Program-made: the position numbers and the translations under genes
Shown: positions 8,685 through 18,355 of the stretch, piece by piece
Layout of the letters: every line of letters starts with the position of its first letter
Numbering within the stretch: position 1 is the stretch's first letter
Notes under the pieces: model-generated
Told to the model about the DNA's origin: nothing
Seen by the model: only the letters and a program-made list of their open reading frames with translations
Database searches by the model: none
Assembly (NCBI GenBank): GCA_964474885.1
Contig: CAYYWO010000003.1
Span: 32,001 to 96,000, forward strand
Origin: Candidatus Hadarchaeota archaeon
GTDB taxonomy: Archaea > Hadarchaeota > Hadarchaeia > Hadarchaeales > JAWBSP01
Direction: 5' to 3'
Length of the DNA: 64,000 nucleotides

Positions 8685-9450
8685 TTTCTTTCCTCCCGGC
8701 GGGATCTCTCCTCACCCTGCCGAAGTCCGTCCCCTCCAGCTCCCAGTCCTCGAAGACGGGCCCATCCGTGCACACCCGGAGGCCCCTGCCCAGCTCGCAG
8801 GAGCCGCATATCCCGAAGCCGCACTTCATGTACCTCTCCAGGCAGAGCTGGACCCGCCAGCCCTTCATCCTCCCGTGCTCCAGCACTTTTACCATCATGG
8901 GCTCAGGTCCGCACGTGAGCACCCAGTCGTACTCCCCATCCCCCAGCAAGTCGGTCACCAAGCCCTTCACCCCTGCAGATCCGTCTTGGGTTGCAACTAG
9001 GGTCTCCCCAAGCTCCCTGGCCTCATCCACAAAGAGGAGCTCCCCTCGCTTCTTGGCACCGATGAGGAACGTCAGCTCCTTACCCTTCAGCTCGTGCCCG
9101 GCGAAGATCAGGGGGGCCATTCCGTATCCTCCTCCTACAAGCAGGAACTTGGAGCCCTCGAGCTTGAACCCCCTTCCGTAGGGTCCCCTTATCCCAATGC
9201 GCTGGCCTGGCTCCAGTCCCTGCAATTTGGCACTTGTCTCACCTTCCCGGGAAACGGAGAGCCTAAGCAGGCCGTTGAAGTACCCGGAAGCACTTATAGG
9301 CACCTCTTCCGCCCCAGGCAGCCAGACCATGTAGAACTGCCCAGGCTTGGGAGGCTTGAGCGGGGTTCGGAGGTAAAGTGAGACCACCCTCTCGTTCTCC
9401 ACCCTCCTATCCTCCACCCTAGCAGCCGAGAATCCGAACTCTTTGAACAT
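8674..9450 (-). CDS. pyrK: Dihydroorotate dehydrogenase electron transfer subunit
   Basis: RGPYGRGF, GGGYGMAP, CGPEPM, MKCGFGICGSC, VCTDGPVF. Confidence 0.93.
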   Translation of the reverse strand: MFKEFGFSAARVEDRRVENERVVSLYLRTPLKPPKPGQFYMVWLPGAEEVPISASGYFNGLLRLSVSREGETSAKLQGLEPGQRIGIRGPYGRGFKLEGSKFLLVGGGYGMAPLIFAGHELKGKELTFLIGAKKRGELLFVDEARELGETLVATQDGSAGVKGLVTDLLGDGEYDWVLTCGPEPMMVKVLEHGRMKGWRVQLCLERYMKCGFGICGSCELGRGLRVCTDGPVFEDWELEGTDFGRVRRDPAGRKEIVG

Positions 9451-9920
9451 TACTGGAACTGGTCGACGACCTCCTCCTGCGTGATGTATGTACCGCAGTA
9501 CTCACAGCGGAGGAGGACGGGGGAGCGCGAGAGGGTCCTGAAACGGGGAGTAACGGGCTCCCTAGGTTTGTTTGAGATGCAGTTCGGGTTGGTGCAGCGA
9601 ATGAGGTCCCTTATCTCATCTGGGAGCTGGACTTTCAGCTTGCTCACCACGCGGTAGTCCCTGATGGTGTTTATGGTGGCTTGTGGGGCTACGAGCGCGA
9701 TCTTGTTCACCTCCTCAGCTTTAAGTTCCTTTCCTTCTATCTTGACCATGTCCTTCCTCCCCAGCTTCTTGGAGTCAGCTTGGATCACTATAGCTATGGT
9801 CAGCCCCTCCCTCCCCGTCAAGCCGAGAATTCTGAGGACTGAGAGGGCCTGCCCAGCAGGGATGTGGTCTATGACGGTCCCGTTCTTGATCCTCCTAACG
9901 ATCAAGCCTTCCTCTCTCAC
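9450..9920 (-). CDS. pyrI: Aspartate carbamoyltransferase regulatory chain
   Basis: [23 protein letters not shown]. Confidence 0.97.
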   Translation of the reverse strand: MREEGLIVRRIKNGTVIDHIPAGQALSVLRILGLTGREGLTIAIVIQADSKKLGRKDMVKIEGKELKAEEVNKIALVAPQATINTIRDYRVVSKLKVQLPDEIRDLIRCTNPNCISNKPREPVTPRFRTLSRSPVLLRCEYCGTYITQEEVVDQFQ

Positions 9921-10828
9921 TCCACCGCCCCCAGCACCATGCTAAGCAGGGCCTGTCTGACGCTTACACCGTAGGCCGCCTGCCTGAAGTACTTGGCGTG
10001 GGGGGTGCTATCCACCTCTAGGTCTATTTCATCCACCCTGGGCAGCGGGTGCATGACTATCAAGTTCTTTTTCGCCCTCCTCAGGTCCTCCACCGTAAGC
10101 CTGTAGCTCCCCTTCACCTTCTCGTACTCGGCGGGATCGGGGAACCTCTCCTTCTGGATTCTGGTCACGTAGAGAACATCGAGCGACTCGAGCTCCAGCT
10201 CCTCCTTCTCCTCGATCGGGATGCCGGCCTGCTTGAGGTGGTCCCTTACCTCCCTCCTGATCCTGAGGAGAGGGGGTGAAATGAGGTGGATCTTTTTTGG
10301 CCTGAACTTGGACAAGCCGTAGAGGAAGGAGGAGGCAGCCCTGCCGTACTTCAGATCCCCCAGCAGTCCTATCTCCAGGTCATCTATCCTCCCCATCTCC
10401 CTCCAGACCGTGTACAGGTCCAGCATGGCTTGGGTGGGGTGGTGCCTGGAGCCGTCCCCCCCATTTATCACGGGGGCCTCGGCCACCTCGGCGGCGAGCT
10501 TGGCAGCACCCTCCATTGGATGCCTGATCACGATCACGTCCGCGTAGGCGTCCAGCATCCTGATGGTATCGGCCAGGTTCTCCCCCTTCATGACTGAGGT
10601 GCCCTCGGTCCCACCGAAACCTATGACGGAGCCCCCCAGCCTCTGCATGGCGGTGGTGAAGCTGAGGCGCGTCCTCGTGCTGGGCTCGAAGAAGGCAGTG
10701 GCGAGGATCTTACCCCTGAGATAGGGCTTGATCTCCCCCTCCTCGACCTTTCGTGTCACCTCAAACAGATGCTCCAGCTCCGACCTGTCGAAGTCCAGAA
10801 TGGTCAGGATGTCCCTACCCCTGAACAT
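9917..10828 (-). CDS. pyrB: Aspartate carbamoyltransferase catalytic chain
   Basis: [33 protein letters not shown]. Confidence 0.98.
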   Translation of the reverse strand: MFRGRDILTILDFDRSELEHLFEVTRKVEEGEIKPYLRGKILATAFFEPSTRTRLSFTTAMQRLGGSVIGFGGTEGTSVMKGENLADTIRMLDAYADVIVIRHPMEGAAKLAAEVAEAPVINGGDGSRHHPTQAMLDLYTVWREMGRIDDLEIGLLGDLKYGRAASSFLYGLSKFRPKKIHLISPPLLRIRREVRDHLKQAGIPIEEKEELELESLDVLYVTRIQKERFPDPAEYEKVKGSYRLTVEDLRRAKKNLIVMHPLPRVDEIDLEVDSTPHAKYFRQAAYGVSVRQALLSMVLGAVE

Positions 10829-11420
10829 GCTCTCCTTTCACATAGATCAAGAGGTTTTCAAGCTGTCTGTCGCTAAGCCTCCCCGCCTCATGCAGTTCCT
10901 TGAAAAGCTGGGTCACCCTCATGAAGGAGTGCAGGGAAATGTTCCCACGTTTCAGCCTCTCTTCAGCTCCTTGCTCCCTGTCGACCAGCACCGTAGCATC
11001 CCTGACCTGCGCTCCTTGTTCTCTGAGAGTCTCTGTAGCCATGAGCAAATTCTGGCCGGAAGTGGCGACGTCATCCACGAGCAGAACAAGGTCCCCTTTC
11101 TGGATCTCCCCCTCCACCGTTCTCTCCGTCCCGTGGGGCTTCTCCCGCTTCCGGACGTACAGGAAGGGCTTCCTCAGCCTGTACGCGAGCAGGCACGCAA
11201 GCGGTATGCCTGCCGTCGCTATCCCGGCCACCCTGTCAAACTCCAGCCCCCTGACCACCTGCAGGTAGGCCTCTAGGGTCAGATCCAGCAGCTCCGGGTA
11301 GGAGCACACCCTCCGCAGGTCGATGTAGTAGGGGCTGGAACCGCCCGAGGACAGCTTGAACTCACCGAACAGGATGCACCCCTTTTCCAGCAACTCAAGG
11401 CTTAACTTCCTTGAGAGCAT
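10815..11420 (-). CDS. pyrE: Orotate phosphoribosyltransferase
   Basis: [31 protein letters not shown]; start moved to ATG 11420. Confidence 0.95.
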   Translation of the reverse strand: MLSRKLSLELLEKGCILFGEFKLSSGGSSPYYIDLRRVCSYPELLDLTLEAYLQVVRGLEFDRVAGIATAGIPLACLLAYRLRKPFLYVRKREKPHGTERTVEGEIQKGDLVLLVDDVATSGQNLLMATETLREQGAQVRDATVLVDREQGAEERLKRGNISLHSFMRVTQLFKELHEAGRLSDRQLENLLIYVKGEHVQG

Positions 11421-12090
11421 GCCAGATCCGCTCCGCCTCTTTTTCGGGCTCTTCCGACAGCAGGATCCTCCTGCCCACGATCTCGAAGTCCGCACCGACG
11501 GCGACGGCACTGCCAGGCTCCGCACCTTGAGCCCCGACCCCTGGGGATAGGATGAGGACCTCAGGGTACTCGGAGCGGGCCCGGGAGATGAGCTCGGGCT
11601 TCTGAGCGGGAAGGATGAAACCGTCCACCCCAGCCTCCCAGGATTTCCTCATGAGCTCTTGGGTGTGCAGGTTGAGGAACTCTGCAGAGCCCGGATGGCT
11701 CATGGAGCAAACGGCGAGCAAACCCCTGTTACCTTTCCTCTTGGCAAGCTCTGTAGCGGCCCCCTCAAAGCCCACAAAAGGATGGAAAATCAGAGCATCG
11801 AAGCCTGCGTCAAAGACTCTCTGGGCAACTATCGCCTCTATGTGCCCGACATCAGCGAGCTTCCCATCGAAGATGTAAAGCAGATCAGGATCCACTTTCG
11901 GGAGCTCGAGAGCCCTCAGCCCTAGGTGGAGCAGAGCCGGCAGGCCGACCTTTATCCCCGCAATGAAGTCCCTGAGCCTGCGGAGGAGGGAGGAAGCCTC
12001 CTCCAGCTCCATTCTGTGCCCGGGGTCAAAGGCGAGCAGTACCCTGGACCTGCTCGCAACCCTCTTCGCCTTTAATTTGAACCCTTCCAA
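11395..12090 (-). CDS. pyrF: Orotidine 5'-phosphate decarboxylase
   Basis: DGKLADVG, MSHPG, SPGVGAQG, IVGR; start inferred at TTG 12090. Confidence 0.9.
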   Translation of the reverse strand: MEGFKLKAKRVASRSRVLLAFDPGHRMELEEASSLLRRLRDFIAGIKVGLPALLHLGLRALELPKVDPDLLYIFDGKLADVGHIEAIVAQRVFDAGFDALIFHPFVGFEGAATELAKRKGNRGLLAVCSMSHPGSAEFLNLHTQELMRKSWEAGVDGFILPAQKPELISRARSEYPEVLILSPGVGAQGAEPGSAVAVGADFEIVGRRILLSEEPEKEAERIWHALKEVKP

Positions 12091-12128
12091 ATCCCCCCTA
12101 TCTTCCGATCGGGGGCTTAAAAAAGGTG

Positions 12129-13004
12129 TCAGAGACCGGGTAGCTCGAAGGAGTCGCTCAGGAGGCCCCTCATGGGATCCCCTTTTTCCAGCCTCTCCCG
12201 GATAGTGCGCATGTTGAAGGAGGAGGGAGAGATATCTCCTTCCAGCTCTTTCCATTTGAGGGGCGTCGAGACGGGAGCCTCGGGGAGGGGTTTGAGGGAG
12301 TACGGGGCGGTGATGGTCTTCCCTAGTGAATTCTGGGCGAAATCGATGAGGACCTTGCCCTTCCGCTCGGAGACAGGGATCATCTGCGAGAGGACGACGG
12401 GCTCTAGCCTTTCCAAGTTCAGGGCGATGGCTCTGACGAGGGTCCTCGTCTCCTCAAAACTGTACCTCCCCCTCCTCAGTCCTACCAGGATGTGGAGCCC
12501 GGTAGCCCCGGAGGTCTTCACGTAGCCTTTTATCCCCAGGCTCTGGAGCAGGTCCTTTATGAGAAGGGCGACCCGGCAGGCGTCCCTGAAGTTAGCCGGC
12601 GGGAAGGGATCCAGGTCGAAGAGCAAAAGGTCGGGATGCTCGTAGTCCTGGGTGGTCGAGAGGGTGATGTGGAACTCCAGGTTCGAGAGGTTGGCCAGCC
12701 AGACCAAGGTGGCCTTGTCGTTGCACAGGACGTAGCGGATCCTCTTCCCCGTCTCCGCCACGTACTCGAACTTGGGCACCCACTCAGGGGCGAAGGGTGC
12801 GTCCTTCCTCACGATGCGCTTTCCGCCCACCCCATCGGGGTAGAGCTGGAGTGTGAGGGGCCTCCCGCGGAGGTAGGGGAGGATCAGGTCGGAAACGGAT
12901 AGGTAATACTTTATGACCTCTGCCTTGCTGATCCCGGGAAACATCTCCTTCTGCAGCCTCGTGAGTCTGATGACCTTCCCCTCGAACTCCACGGGGGTTT
13001 CCAT
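12129..13004 (-). CDS. Stand-alone LigD-type polymerase domain (AEP primase-polymerase)
   Basis: FDLDP, KTSGATGLH, IDFAQN, APYS, VSTPLKW; start inferred at ATG 13004. Confidence 0.9.
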   Translation of the reverse strand: METPVEFEGKVIRLTRLQKEMFPGISKAEVIKYYLSVSDLILPYLRGRPLTLQLYPDGVGGKRIVRKDAPFAPEWVPKFEYVAETGKRIRYVLCNDKATLVWLANLSNLEFHITLSTTQDYEHPDLLLFDLDPFPPANFRDACRVALLIKDLLQSLGIKGYVKTSGATGLHILVGLRRGRYSFEETRTLVRAIALNLERLEPVVLSQMIPVSERKGKVLIDFAQNSLGKTITAPYSLKPLPEAPVSTPLKWKELEGDISPSSFNMRTIRERLEKGDPMRGLLSDSFELPGL

Positions 13005-13028
13005 CAGAGTTTGATGTTCTAGGGTTCT

Positions 13029-13057
13029 GAAAAACGGTAACAAACGTACCGTTTTTC
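13029..13057. mobile_element. Hairpin, candidate IS200/IS605-type right end or omega-RNA stem
   Basis: GAAAAACGGTA-acaaacg-TACCGTTTTTC, 11-bp perfect stem just downstream of the tnpB remnant. Confidence 0.55.
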
Positions 13058-13064
13058 TCGGGAA

Positions 13065-13620
13065 TCATCCCGCTCGGCCCCCTCGAGGGTTCACAGGGAC
13101 CTCCTCACGCTCCTCCCCTGTCAGGACGAACCCCACGACCCTATCGAACCACTCCGGGTCGTGGGGGAGTCCCTCCATCTGAAGGTAAAGGTTACTGCTG
13201 CGTTCAGCTGCCTGTCAATCCCAGCCCGCACGCTCCGCACCCGGAGGTAGCTCCTTTCGGGGCTTCGTTGAGTTCCCCACCTGGTGGAGTCGTGCGGGTC
13301 GAGGGGCTCGCCGACGCGTGCCTTGTAGCATGGCTCGTAGCTGCGACCAGTTCGCCGGGTCGAAGGCGTCGAGGGATGCCTCCTTCGAGTCCCATGCTAG
13401 CCGCTGACGGTCCTTGGGCGCGGACCTCCCTGAAGGTCAGGATGAGCGAGTCGTCCTTGAGGATGAGCTCCCTTGGCCCCCCTGCTCCAGAACCAAGCGT
13501 TTCAGAGGTCAAGCTCCAGGTAGCGTTTTCTAGGTTCGAGCGTTATCCGGAGCTTCCGGTCGCGCAGCACGTAAAGCGTCTGGGTGGAGGTGCACAACAG
13601 GGGCCTGCGGGGGACGTACG
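13065..13620 (-). pseudogene. tnpB: Degraded TnpB (IS200/IS605 OrfB)
   Basis: Fragments across frames: LRITLEPRKRYLELDL*NAWFW, ELILKDDSLILTFR, AWDSKEASLDAFDP (RuvC-I), YKARVGEPLDPHDSTR, CGACG, DRQLNAA (RuvC-III), LYLQMEG. Confidence 0.75.
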
Positions 13621-14116
13621 TCACTGGGTTCCTGGTCAGGAGTGGGGGAAGCTGAGCCTGATATCCTTGGAAGAGGTCGCCTACTCGGCAGGACGCACCC
13701 TCCGTTTCTCCAATCATCCATGACCCAGGAGATCGTGTGGAGGCAGGAGAACCCGAAACTACCTGCTGCCCAACGAGACCAAGGTTTTCGTGCTGGATCC
13801 TCGCAGCTTCGACTACATAGCGGTCAAGGGGGACCACACAAGTTCTACCCCCCCATCCGGCATCTGGAGCCCTTCCTGATCACCGTCCTGGGCGTGGCCC
13901 TGGATGCCGAGACCTCAGGCCCGTCCCCTTCTCCTATTCCCTGACGCTCTCATCTTCCCCGCTGCACCTGAGAAGGGAAGGCTGAGAATGGAAAGTTCAG
14001 ATTGCGCGTCTCGGACGAGGACCACACTTGCCTGCTCCGCCTGTCCTCCCCAGGCTACAAGAATGTGGTGCTTACGGGGCAACTGAAGGCCGGGGAGTGC
14101 AAGATCCTCAGGGTGC

Positions 14117-15193
14117 TCATGGACTACGACCCCTTCGACCTCCGGCTGTCCTAGGAAGCGTCCAGTTGAGCCAGTCGGCCAGCTCCCCCACCGGGATGAG
14201 CCTGACTTTCCTCAGCTCGCGGAGGTTTTTGCTCCCAGTGAGGAAGAGCGTGACCTTCAGCTCCCAGATGAACCTCTGCAGGTAGGAGTAGAGGAAGCGC
14301 TTCCCTTTCAGCGCAGCCCTGAGCAGGGGGAGCGCCAGGGAGACGGCCTTGGCTCCCAAGCAGAGGGCCTTGGCCGCATCACATCCCGATCTTATCCCCC
14401 CTCCCGCCACCACCGGGATCCTCAGCGCGCGAGCCAGCTCGGCCACGCAAACGGGGGTGGGGATGCCCCAGTTGACGAACGGGTTGTCTGGCTCGCCCCT
14501 CCTGATCCCCTCCACCTTTCCCCAAGAAGTACCTCCAGCCCCTCCCACATCCACTGCGGACACGCCTGCCTTTTGCAGGGCCTCCCCCACGTCCCTGCTT
14601 ATGCCGCTCCCCGTCTCCTTGACCAGAACGGGCGCTTCAAGGTCAGAGCAGATCTTCCGTATCTTTTGGAGGACACCTCTGTACCTCGGGGATCCCTCCG
14701 GCTGGATGGCCTCCTGGAGGGGGTTGAGGTGGAGGCAGAGGGCATCCGCCTGGATCATCTCGATGGCGAGCTTGGAGAGCTCTACCTCACGCCCCTCGGG
14801 GAGCTGGGAGGGACTCAGGTTGGCGAAGAGGAGGACGTCGGGAGCCACATCCCTGACCTGATAGGTGTAGGCCAGACTCCGATCCTCCAACGCGGCATGC
14901 AGACTCCCGACCTCGAAGCCCAGGCCGAAATCCTGGGCAGCCGAGGCTAGGAGCTTGTTTATCTTCGTCGCCTCCTTCGTCCCTCCGGTTATGGCTGAGA
15001 TGATTATCGGTGCTCGGAGCTCCTTCCCCAAGAACTCCGTGGAGACGTCCACCTCGTCCAGATCGATCTCCGGCAGGGCATTGTGCACGAAGTTGAGCTG
15101 CTCGAAGCCCGGCACCCCCTCCATCTCCACATCCCTCTTCGCACAGATCCAGAGCTGGTCGGATTTCCTCCGGCTGATCCGCCCCGTCCCCAC
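14117..15193 (-). CDS. fni: Type 2 isopentenyl-diphosphate delta-isomerase
   Basis: HNALPE, AITGG, HLNPLQEAIQPEG, VKETGSG, GAGGTSW, WGIPT. Confidence 0.95.
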   Translation of the reverse strand: MGTGRISRRKSDQLWICAKRDVEMEGVPGFEQLNFVHNALPEIDLDEVDVSTEFLGKELRAPIIISAITGGTKEATKINKLLASAAQDFGLGFEVGSLHAALEDRSLAYTYQVRDVAPDVLLFANLSPSQLPEGREVELSKLAIEMIQADALCLHLNPLQEAIQPEGSPRYRGVLQKIRKICSDLEAPVLVKETGSGISRDVGEALQKAGVSAVDVGGAGGTSWGKVEGIRRGEPDNPFVNWGIPTPVCVAELARALRIPVVAGGGIRSGCDAAKALCLGAKAVSLALPLLRAALKGKRFLYSYLQRFIWELKVTLFLTGSKNLRELRKVRLIPVGELADWLNWTLPRTAGGRRGRSP

Positions 15194-15196
15194 GCT

Positions 15197-15724
15197 TTAT
15201 AGGGTTGCAGAGTTCTTAAACATCTGCCTGCATCGGCTGCAGAAATCCCTCCCCTTCCTATCCACGTCCAGCACGCTGTTGGAGAAGCTCATGACGCATC
15301 TGGGGTTGGGGCAGTGCAGGAGCCCAAAGGTGTGCCCGAGCTCGTGGACGGACTCCTTCACGAGCCTCTCGAAAAAAAGCCCGGGATCCGGCTCCGCACC
15401 GTAGAAGGAGGGGTCAAGCCGGTGGGTGGACACTACAGCCCCTCTCCCCGGACACTGGGCCTGGCCGAAGATGAAGTTCAGGTTCAGGGAGGAGGAAGTG
15501 TAGAGGTCAACGGAGGTAACGGCTAGGAACCTGCCCGGAATCCTGGAGAGCAGCCTGTCCAGGATGACGTTCGCGTCGTACTGCCTCCTGCTCGGGTTGA
15601 AGGAGCCCGGGGGCACCTCCAGGAAAGGGCCCACCAGGAACCTCATTCCAAAGACCTCCTCGAGCTCCCCGGAGAGCTCCTCCAAGCTTGCGTCCGTCTC
15701 CAAGCCCAGGACCCGGATGACCAT
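15197..15724 (-). CDS. Archaemetzincin zinc metalloprotease
   Basis: HELGHTFGLLHCxxxxCVMxFS...CxxC. Confidence 0.93.
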   Translation of the reverse strand: MVIRVLGLETDASLEELSGELEEVFGMRFLVGPFLEVPPGSFNPSRRQYDANVILDRLLSRIPGRFLAVTSVDLYTSSSLNLNFIFGQAQCPGRGAVVSTHRLDPSFYGAEPDPGLFFERLVKESVHELGHTFGLLHCPNPRCVMSFSNSVLDVDRKGRDFCSRCRQMFKNSATL

Positions 15725-15752
15725 CGGCTCTTAACCGAGAGCCGCAAAATGC

Positions 15753-16928
15753 TTGATGGGGATATTTCTGGACAGCGGGAAGCTCCTGCCGGATTACCTC
15801 CCTCCTAGGTTGCCGCACAGGGAGAAGGAGCTCAAGCGTCTGCACAGCCTCTTCTCGGACTTCTTCCGGGAGAAAATTTCCAAGCGCGTGCTGATAGTCG
15901 GCGGGATAGGAGTTGGAAAGACAGCCCTTAGCCAGAGCTTTGGGAGGGAAGCGGAGAAGAAACAGGAGGCTCATTATGTTCACGTTAACTGCAGGATCAC
16001 CTCCTCCCCCTACCTGATACTCCACCAAGTGATGAGGAAGTTCAGGCCAACCTACCCGGTGAGGGGGTTCTCCACGTGGGAGGTTCTGAACGATCTCGTC
16101 TCGCATTTGGAGAAGAGGGACGAGAGACTCATCGTGACCCTAGACGAGCTCGACTTTCTGGTCGAGACGAGGGGTCCGGACTTGCTCTACAATCTGACCA
16201 GGTACGTGGAGCAGAACCCCCAGGCTTGGAGGATCGCCCTGATCGGGGTGAGCAGGGACCCGCACTTCCTGAACAGACTCGATGCCCCCACCCGTAGCAC
16301 CTTCATGCACAATCTGCTCGAGCTCAGTAAATACACCCGAGAGCAACTCTTCGACATCCTGAAGTACCGGGCCGAGGAAGCGATTCTGCCTGGAAAGGTG
16401 GAGGAAGAGTGCCTTAGGCTGATAGCGGACATGGCTGCGCCCCTGGGGGACGCCAGGTACGCCCTGGAGATCCTTTACCGGGCAGGCTGCCTGGCGGAGA
16501 ACAGGAGGGATCCGGAGATAACGCCCGAGCACGTGAGGGAGGCCAAGGCGAGCATCTACCCCAGCTTTCCCAAGCACAGGCTGGAGGGGTTGCACCCTCA
16601 TGAGGTTCTGATCCTGCTAGCAGTCGCGAGGCGGCTCAGGTCCACCCGGGCAGCCTACACGACCTCGGGGGAGACATACGAGGCGTACCATATCGCCTGC
16701 GAGGAGTACGGCTTTAAACCGCTAGTTTACGCCCAGTTCCTAGTTCACTTGGACAGGCTGAGGGCCCTCGGGATGCTGAGCGCGAAACACTTCAGGGCGA
16801 GGGGCCAGACCACCCTCCTGAGCATAGAGGAGGCCCCCGTCGAGGGGCTAGTGAAAGAGCTGGAACAGCTGGTTGAGAGGAGGCTCAAAAGGGCCGATCA
16901 GTCTCGGTGTGGGTCATCCTATTTTTAG
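15753..16928 (+). CDS. cdc6: Orc1/Cdc6 replication initiator
   Basis: YLPPRLPHREKE, Walker A GVGKT, LDELD, GDARYAL, C-terminal winged helix. Confidence 0.92.
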   Translation: MMGIFLDSGKLLPDYLPPRLPHREKELKRLHSLFSDFFREKISKRVLIVGGIGVGKTALSQSFGREAEKKQEAHYVHVNCRITSSPYLILHQVMRKFRPTYPVRGFSTWEVLNDLVSHLEKRDERLIVTLDELDFLVETRGPDLLYNLTRYVEQNPQAWRIALIGVSRDPHFLNRLDAPTRSTFMHNLLELSKYTREQLFDILKYRAEEAILPGKVEEECLRLIADMAAPLGDARYALEILYRAGCLAENRRDPEITPEHVREAKASIYPSFPKHRLEGLHPHEVLILLAVARRLRSTRAAYTTSGETYEAYHIACEEYGFKPLVYAQFLVHLDRLRALGMLSAKHFRARGQTTLLSIEEAPVEGLVKELEQLVERRLKRADQSRCGSSYF

Positions 16929-16933
16929 AAGGT

Positions 16934-17370
16934 ATGCCTGTATACCAAATAATAACGATAAAGCTCACGCAAGAAATCAAAAGGGCCCAGCGAAGAGGAA
17001 AAAAGGGCATCCGAGAGAGTCCTACGAGAGTGTCATCAAGAGACTGCTGGAGACGGAGCCACCCCCCTTCTGTGAGATGCTGGTGAAAGCTTACCACTAC
17101 CTCAGGAGCCGGGGGGTCAAAAACATTCAAGTTTTTGGCTCCAGGCTCAGGGGGGAGGGTGGCCCAGAAAGCGACCTCGACCAGCTCGTTGACCTTCCCG
17201 AGGGCACGAGCCTCTTGGACTTGGTCGGGATGGAGCATGAGCTCTCGGAGCTACTGAGGGTTAAGGTGGACCTTGTGCCGAGATCGGCGTTGAACCCCTT
17301 TCTGCGTGATCGGATTTTGCGCGAGGCTCGGGATGTACTCGAGGTCGCGAAAGATGAGCGAAAGGAGTGA
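16934..17370 (+). pseudogene. Small antitoxin-like N-terminus fused to an MNT nucleotidyltransferase; frameshift near 16990-17005
   Basis: ATG 16934 MPVYQIITIKLTQEIKRA continues in the -1 frame as KKGHPRESYESVIKRLLE...FGSRLRG...SDLD. Confidence 0.7.
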
Positions 17371-17676
17371 CCTCCCTTACCTCAAGCAAATTCTACGCTC
17401 CAAGAAAGGATAGAGCGGTACACGGAGGGTGTGGAATACAACGAGTTCTTGAAGAACGAGATGCTCCAGAGCGCTGTCCTGAGGGAGCTGATGGTGATAG
17501 CCGGAATAGCCAAAGAAAGACTCTCCAAGAGTGTGAAGGAAAGGTATCCCGAGGTCCCTTGGAGTGAGGTCGCGGGGATGAGGGGCAAACTCGCCCATTC
17601 CTACCTCGATGTGGATGTGGATCTGGGAATCGTGTGGAGCGTGGTGGAGAAGGGTCGTGGAGCGGGCCATTGGTAG
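17354..17676 (+). pseudogene. HEPN (DUF86) toxin, frameshifted
   Basis: MSERSDLPYLKQIL then frame change to ERIERYTEG...PEVPW..MRGKLAHSY (R-x4-H). Confidence 0.75.
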
Positions 17677-17735
17677 CATCGAATCCCGCAGGCGAAAAAG
17701 TAGCTAGCAGTAAAAGGTGGCACGGTAAAGATTTT

Positions 17736-17810
17736 AGGGTCGTGGGGTAGCCTGGTCTATCCTTCTGGCTTCGGGAGCCAGAGACTCGGGTTCGAATCCC
17801 GGCGACCCCA
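17736..17810 (+). tRNA. tRNA-Pro (anticodon CGG)
   Basis: Cloverleaf with anticodon arm CTGGC-TTCGGGA-GCCAG and T arm TCGGG-TTCGAAT-CCCGG; discriminator A; CCA not encoded. Confidence 0.93.
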
Positions 17811-17842
17811 CCCCAGTGTTTTTCACTCCGGGGACATTTTTG

Positions 17843-18355
17843 ATGGCGGAGGCGGTCGGGCACTTCCATCCCAAGAAGATAATAGTCACGGGGGAGCTGG
17901 AGGAGCTCCTAAAGGGGTATTACGGGAAGGACTTGGGGGGGAGGGTGCAGCTGGCTCCGGTCGAGGCCCTTTACTTGGTGGAAAAGGGGAAGATCAGGGT
18001 GATCGAGGACGAGAGGGAGCTGAGTTTCGAGGAGCTCTTCAAGAGGTTCTCGAAGGAAGATCCCGACCTGCCGCTGAAGTACGCAGCTTATTCGGACCTC
18101 CGGTCCAGGGGCTACATAGTAAAGACAGGCCTGAAGTTCGGTGCCCACTTCCGAGTCTACGACAGGGGAGATAAGCCAGGCAAGGCGCACTCGAAGTACA
18201 TAGTTCTGGCCGTCCCCGAGTGGATCAAGCTGACCCCGACCGACTTCGCCAGGGGTGTGCGACTGGCAAGGAGCGTGAGAAAGGGGATGCTATTCGCGGT
18301 GGTAGACGACGAGGGTGACGTGACGTACTACTCCTTGACGAGGGAGAAGCCATGA
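17843..18355 (+). CDS. endA: tRNA-intron endonuclease (single-unit, ~170 aa)
   Basis: EALYL, YSDLRSRGY, TGLKFGAHFRVY, catalytic H, SVRK. Confidence 0.93.
   Translation: MAEAVGHFHPKKIIVTGELEELLKGYYGKDLGGRVQLAPVEALYLVEKGKIRVIEDERELSFEELFKRFSKEDPDLPLKYAAYSDLRSRGYIVKTGLKFGAHFRVYDRGDKPGKAHSKYIVLAVPEWIKLTPTDFARGVRLARSVRKGMLFAVVDDEGDVTYYSLTREKP

Noticed and set aside
15724-16934. Origin adjacent to cdc6
   Set aside because: Flanking intergenic gaps are under 30 bp and show no ORB-like motifs
17700-17815. Integrated provirus at tRNA-Pro
   Set aside because: No integrase and no duplicated tRNA end found in the window
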